Shown here: in pieces, positions 60,522 to 64,000 of the stretch | Layout of the letters: the number at the start of each line of letters is the position of its first letter | How positions within the stretch are numbered: the stretch's first letter is position 1 | Source: Spirochaetia bacterium | Lineage (GTDB): Bacteria; Spirochaetota; Spirochaetia; SZUA-6; Bin103 | NCBI GenBank assembly: GCA_965203905.1 | Contig: CBDBDQ010000005.1 | Coordinates: 3,264,001-3,328,000, forward strand | Length of the DNA: 64,000 nucleotides | Reading direction: 5' to 3' | Position numbers and translations under genes: made by a program | Notes under the pieces: generated by a model | What the model was told of the DNA's origin: nothing | Seen by the model: only the letters and a program-made list of their open reading frames with translations | The model's database searches: none

Positions 60522-63301
60522 GTCAGCACGGTCACTCGGCGCATGGAGCAGTGCACGGTGGCCGCCATTTTCGGACCAGACCGGCCGAGCTCCGCTGCGA
60601 GTACGCGGTCGATCCGCTGGGGATCGACGCCCGTCAACCGCGGCTGAGCTGGCAGACCCCGGCGGAGCCGTACGGCTACCGGCAATCCGCCTACCGGGTC
60701 GTGGTGGCCGGCAGCATGGCCGCGCTGCGGGCTGGCGACGATCTGCTCTGGGACAGCCGCAAGGTGGCCTCGGAGCGGTCGGTGAACGTCCCCTACGCGG
60801 GGCGCTCGCTGACCAGCGGGGAGCGCTGTTGCTGGGGGGTGCGCACCTGGGACGGGGAGGATCGCGCCAGCGCCTGGAGCGAGGCGGCGTGGTTCGAGCT
60901 GGGGCTGCTGGAGGCGGACGACTGGCAGGGCGCCTGGATCGCCGCGGAGCGCGGAATCTCGGCCCCGCTGCTGCGCACGGAGTTCACCCTGGCGGCGGCG
61001 CCGGTGCGGGCGCGGGTGTACGTGAGCGGCCTGGGCTACTACGAGCTGCGCATCAACGGAGCCAAGGTGGGGCGGCAGGTGCTGGATCCGGCCTCGAGCT
61101 ACTACCACAACGACCTGGAGCTGGAACTGGGCGCACGCGTGCTGTACGCGAGCCACGACGTGACCGGGCACCTGCGCGCGGGTCGCAATGCGATCGGCGT
61201 GATGCTGGGCAACGGGTGGTACGCGGCGGAAGCGGACGTGCCGCCGTCGCCGAGCCATCGCAAGCCCTACGGGGATCGGCCGCAGCTTCTGTTGCAGCTC
61301 GAGGCGGCGCTCACGGACCGAGAGCCGGTGCGGCTGGCGAGCGGCACGGGCTGGAGGGCGAGCGCCGGGCCGGTGCGCTACAACGACTACAGCCACGGGG
61401 AGAGCTACGACGCGCGGCTGGAGCGGGCGGGGTGGGACACGCCGGGCTACGACGACTCCGGCTGGAGCGCGGCGCAGGAGGTGGCGGCCCCGAGCGGGGC
61501 GCTGCGGGCGCAGCCGCTGGCGGCGAGCGAGGTGGTGGAGACGCGGTCGGCGCAGCGCGTGCTGCGGCCGCGTGACGGGGTGGCGGTGTACGACTTCGGG
61601 CAGAACTTCAGCGGCTGGAGCCGGCTGCGGGTAGACGGGAAACGCGGCACGCGGGTGGTGCTGAAGCACGGCGCGCGGGTGTACGAGGACGGCTCGCTGG
61701 ATGCCCGCAGCAACCTGTACGACCTCCACTGCACCCACGTCGCACGCCAGCGCGACAGCTACACGCTGAAGGGAGCGGGGGTGGAGCAGTGGGAGCCGCG
61801 CTTCACGCTTCACGGCTTCCGCTACGTCGAGGTGAGCGGCTGGCCGGGAACGCCCCTGCCGGAGCAGGTGGAAGGGCGGGTGGTACGTAACGCGGTGGAG
61901 CGGGTGGGCAGTTTCCGTTGCTCCAACGAGCTGCTGAACCGGATCCACGAGGCGGCGGTGTGGACCTTCGCCAGCAGTCTGCACGGGTTTCCGCAGGACG
62001 CGGCGGACCGCTCGGAGCGGGTGGGGTGGCTGGGTGACCCGATCCTGGAAGACTACATGTACAACTTCGACACCGCGCAGTTCTGGGCCAAGTGGAGCGA
62101 CGACCTGGGCGACTCGCAGCGCCCGGACGGCAAGCTGCCGGTGATCTCGCCGCTGCACTGGCGCGGCAGCACGTACGACACCTACGGCGACTGCCCGGTG
62201 TGGTGGAGCAGCTATGCGGTGATTGCGTGGTCGCTGTATTGGTTCTACGACGACGAGCGGGTGCTGGCGCGGCACGCGGCCGGGATCGGCCGGCTGGTGG
62301 ACTACCTGGGCACGCGCGCGCAGCAGCACATCGTGGAGTTCGGGCTCGGCGATCACATGGAGCCGCAGGCGGACGGCACCACCAGCTCCAGCCCGCGGCA
62401 CACGCCGCCGGCGCTCACCTCGACGGCGTACTACTACTTCGACGCGCGGGTGGCCTCTCGGGCGGCGGAAATAGCGGGTCGCAGCGCCGAGGCGCGGCGC
62501 TACGCGGCGCTGGCGGAGGAAATCAGGACGGCGTTCAACCGGCGTTTCCTGGATCCGGAGAGCAACCAGTATGCCACCGGGAGCCAGACCTCCAATGCGC
62601 TCCCCCTGGCGCTGGGGCTGGTGCCGGAGGAGCGGGTGGCGGCGGTGCTGGCGAATTTGGTCCGGGAGATCGAGGAGAACCACGGCGGTCACCTGTCGAC
62701 CGGGATGTTGGGCACCAACGCTCTGGTCAACGTGCTGCCGCGGCACGGGGCGGCGGAGCTGATGTACCGTATCGCTACCCAAACCACCTTCCCGAGCTGG
62801 GGTTACATGATCGAGCGGGGCGCGACCACGCTGTGGGAGTCGTGGAGCGACCTCCGGGAAGAGAAGCTGAGCCTGAACATGAAGCTGCTGGGGAGCGTGG
62901 AGAAGTTCTTCTACCGCGACCTGGCGGGGATCCGGGCCACGGCACCGGGGTTCCGGGAGGTGGCGATCGCGCCGCAGGTGGTGGGCGACCTGGAGTGGGC
63001 GCGGGCCCACGTGCGCACGGTACGGGGCGAGATCGCCGTGCACTGGCGGCGCATCGATGGCGCATTCGAGCTGGACCTGACTATCCCCGGCAACGTCACC
63101 GCCGCCGTGACCCTGCCGAAGCTAGGCCTGGCGCAGGTTCAGGTTTCCGAAGGAGAGCGCCCGATCTGGGACTCAGGCATCTCGGTCGCGACCGTGCCAG
63201 GCATCGGCGACTGTGCAGAGAACGCCGAAAACATCACACTCCGCGCCGGCTCCGGCAGCTACCGCCTCCGCCTCACCGGCCACCGGACACGCCGTTCGTG
63301 A
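60518..63301 (+). CDS. Alpha-L-rhamnosidase (GH78)
   Basis: PLGID..PRLSW, LGYYE..ING, DFGQN, FT.HGFRYV, ERVGWLGD, GATTLWE.W. Confidence 0.9.
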   Translation: MSQHGHSAHGAVHGGRHFRTRPAELRCEYAVDPLGIDARQPRLSWQTPAEPYGYRQSAYRVVVAGSMAALRAGDDLLWDSRKVASERSVNVPYAGRSLTSGERCCWGVRTWDGEDRASAWSEAAWFELGLLEADDWQGAWIAAERGISAPLLRTEFTLAAAPVRARVYVSGLGYYELRINGAKVGRQVLDPASSYYHNDLELELGARVLYASHDVTGHLRAGRNAIGVMLGNGWYAAEADVPPSPSHRKPYGDRPQLLLQLEAALTDREPVRLASGTGWRASAGPVRYNDYSHGESYDARLERAGWDTPGYDDSGWSAAQEVAAPSGALRAQPLAASEVVETRSAQRVLRPRDGVAVYDFGQNFSGWSRLRVDGKRGTRVVLKHGARVYEDGSLDARSNLYDLHCTHVARQRDSYTLKGAGVEQWEPRFTLHGFRYVEVSGWPGTPLPEQVEGRVVRNAVERVGSFRCSNELLNRIHEAAVWTFASSLHGFPQDAADRSERVGWLGDPILEDYMYNFDTAQFWAKWSDDLGDSQRPDGKLPVISPLHWRGSTYDTYGDCPVWWSSYAVIAWSLYWFYDDERVLARHAAGIGRLVDYLGTRAQQHIVEFGLGDHMEPQADGTTSSSPRHTPPALTSTAYYYFDARVASRAAEIAGRSAEARRYAALAEEIRTAFNRRFLDPESNQYATGSQTSNALPLALGLVPEERVAAVLANLVREIEENHGGHLSTGMLGTNALVNVLPRHGAAELMYRIATQTTFPSWGYMIERGATTLWESWSDLREEKLSLNMKLLGSVEKFFYRDLAGIRATAPGFREVAIAPQVVGDLEWARAHVRTVRGEIAVHWRRIDGAFELDLTIPGNVTAAVTLPKLGLAQVQVSEGERPIWDSGISVATVPGIGDCAENAENITLRAGSGSYRLRLTGHRTRRS

Positions 63302-63332
63302 TGTCCCCCTCAACTCTGCCTGGAGGAAGCGC

Positions 63333-64000
63333 ATGATCAACGCGCTTTGGTTGGCAGATTTCAAGAGTTTCTCCCGCGTGAGGCTGCGCATGGGGCCGTT
63401 CACGGTGATCGTGGGTGCGAACGCAAGCGGTAAGAGCAATCTCCGAGACGCATTCCGGTTCCTGCACGGTATTGGCCGGGGCTACACTCTGCCGGACATC
63501 ATTGGAGGGAAGTACGGCGCAGGCGGTCAGGTAGAGTGGGAGCAGATTCGGGGTACGGCAAAGGAAATTGTCCGTTTTGGTCAGTCCGAATTCGATCTAG
63601 TCGTCAGAATGACGCTAAACCGCTCGGCGATCGAGTATCGCATCGTCGTGGGCATGGACGATGCAAGATCCGGTGCGTTCAAAGTAACAGCAGAACAACT
63701 GAGCGTCGGGGATTCTCAGATCTACACGAGCTATCCCGGTCATCCCGACCCGATTCAGTACCAGGATGACGACACCCATCTCCTACTCCGCATGGAAAAA
63801 ACCGGGGATAATCGAAAGTACGGGTACCTGATCACGGCGCGGCCTGACCAGCCGGCGTTGACACAGATTCACGAACACAAACGGGTCGTACGCTCGCATA
63901 AGGAATGGGCGTCTCAGGTAGCCCAGAGTCTCGCCGGCATGCGCTTTCTCGATTTGTCACCCGACCGAATGCGGCAGCCGGCGTTTCCGGGTCAGACCGT
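63333..64000 (+). CDS. ABC/AAA_21-type ATPase, 3'-truncated by the window edge
   Basis: MINALWLADFKSF...TVIVGANASGKSN; GGAGG RBS; absent from the ORF track because no stop falls inside the window. Confidence 0.82.
   Translation, partial: MINALWLADFKSFSRVRLRMGPFTVIVGANASGKSNLRDAFRFLHGIGRGYTLPDIIGGKYGAGGQVEWEQIRGTAKEIVRFGQSEFDLVVRMTLNRSAIEYRIVVGMDDARSGAFKVTAEQLSVGDSQIYTSYPGHPDPIQYQDDDTHLLLRMEKTGDNRKYGYLITARPDQPALTQIHEHKRVVRSHKEWASQVAQSLAGMRFLDLSPDRMRQPAFPGQT

Overview
GC-rich bacterial chromosomal window with no recognisable rRNA, tRNA or CRISPR array. The core genes are a DEAD-box helicase, folD plus a cyclodeaminase, ilvB/ilvN, leuS, polA, aroC, a KamA-type radical SAM enzyme, an nfeD-SPFH-SPFH cluster, several PhyH-type dioxygenases and dehydrogenases, an enolase-family enzyme and a GH78 rhamnosidase. 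Two DNA-repair loci are present. One is a lexA-imuA-imuB-dnaE2 cassette with a non-canonical palindromic operator inside its promoter. The other is an NHEJ locus: ku, a stand-alone ATP-dependent ligase, an uncharacterised BRCT-HTH-TPR gene, and a LigD whose ligase motif has lost its catalytic lysine. Several visibly AT-richer accessory inserts interrupt the core genes. The strongest candidate for an undescribed system is a four-gene island between polA and aroC: an SMC/Rad50-like ATPase, a winged-helix-like partner and a PD-(D/E)xK nuclease, facing an amino-DNA methyltransferase. The other inserts are a 1214-aa nuclease-STAND (Avs-like) gene, a NYN RNase behind a promoter-hairpin-terminator leader resembling a type III toxin-antitoxin layout, a three-unit non-coding hairpin array, and two copies of a MITE-like element at TAG stop codons. 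There are also toxin-antitoxin, transposase, Uma2 and PEGA remnants. All calls come from reading motifs by eye; no database searches were run, and most start codons were re-chosen by hand from the ORF track.
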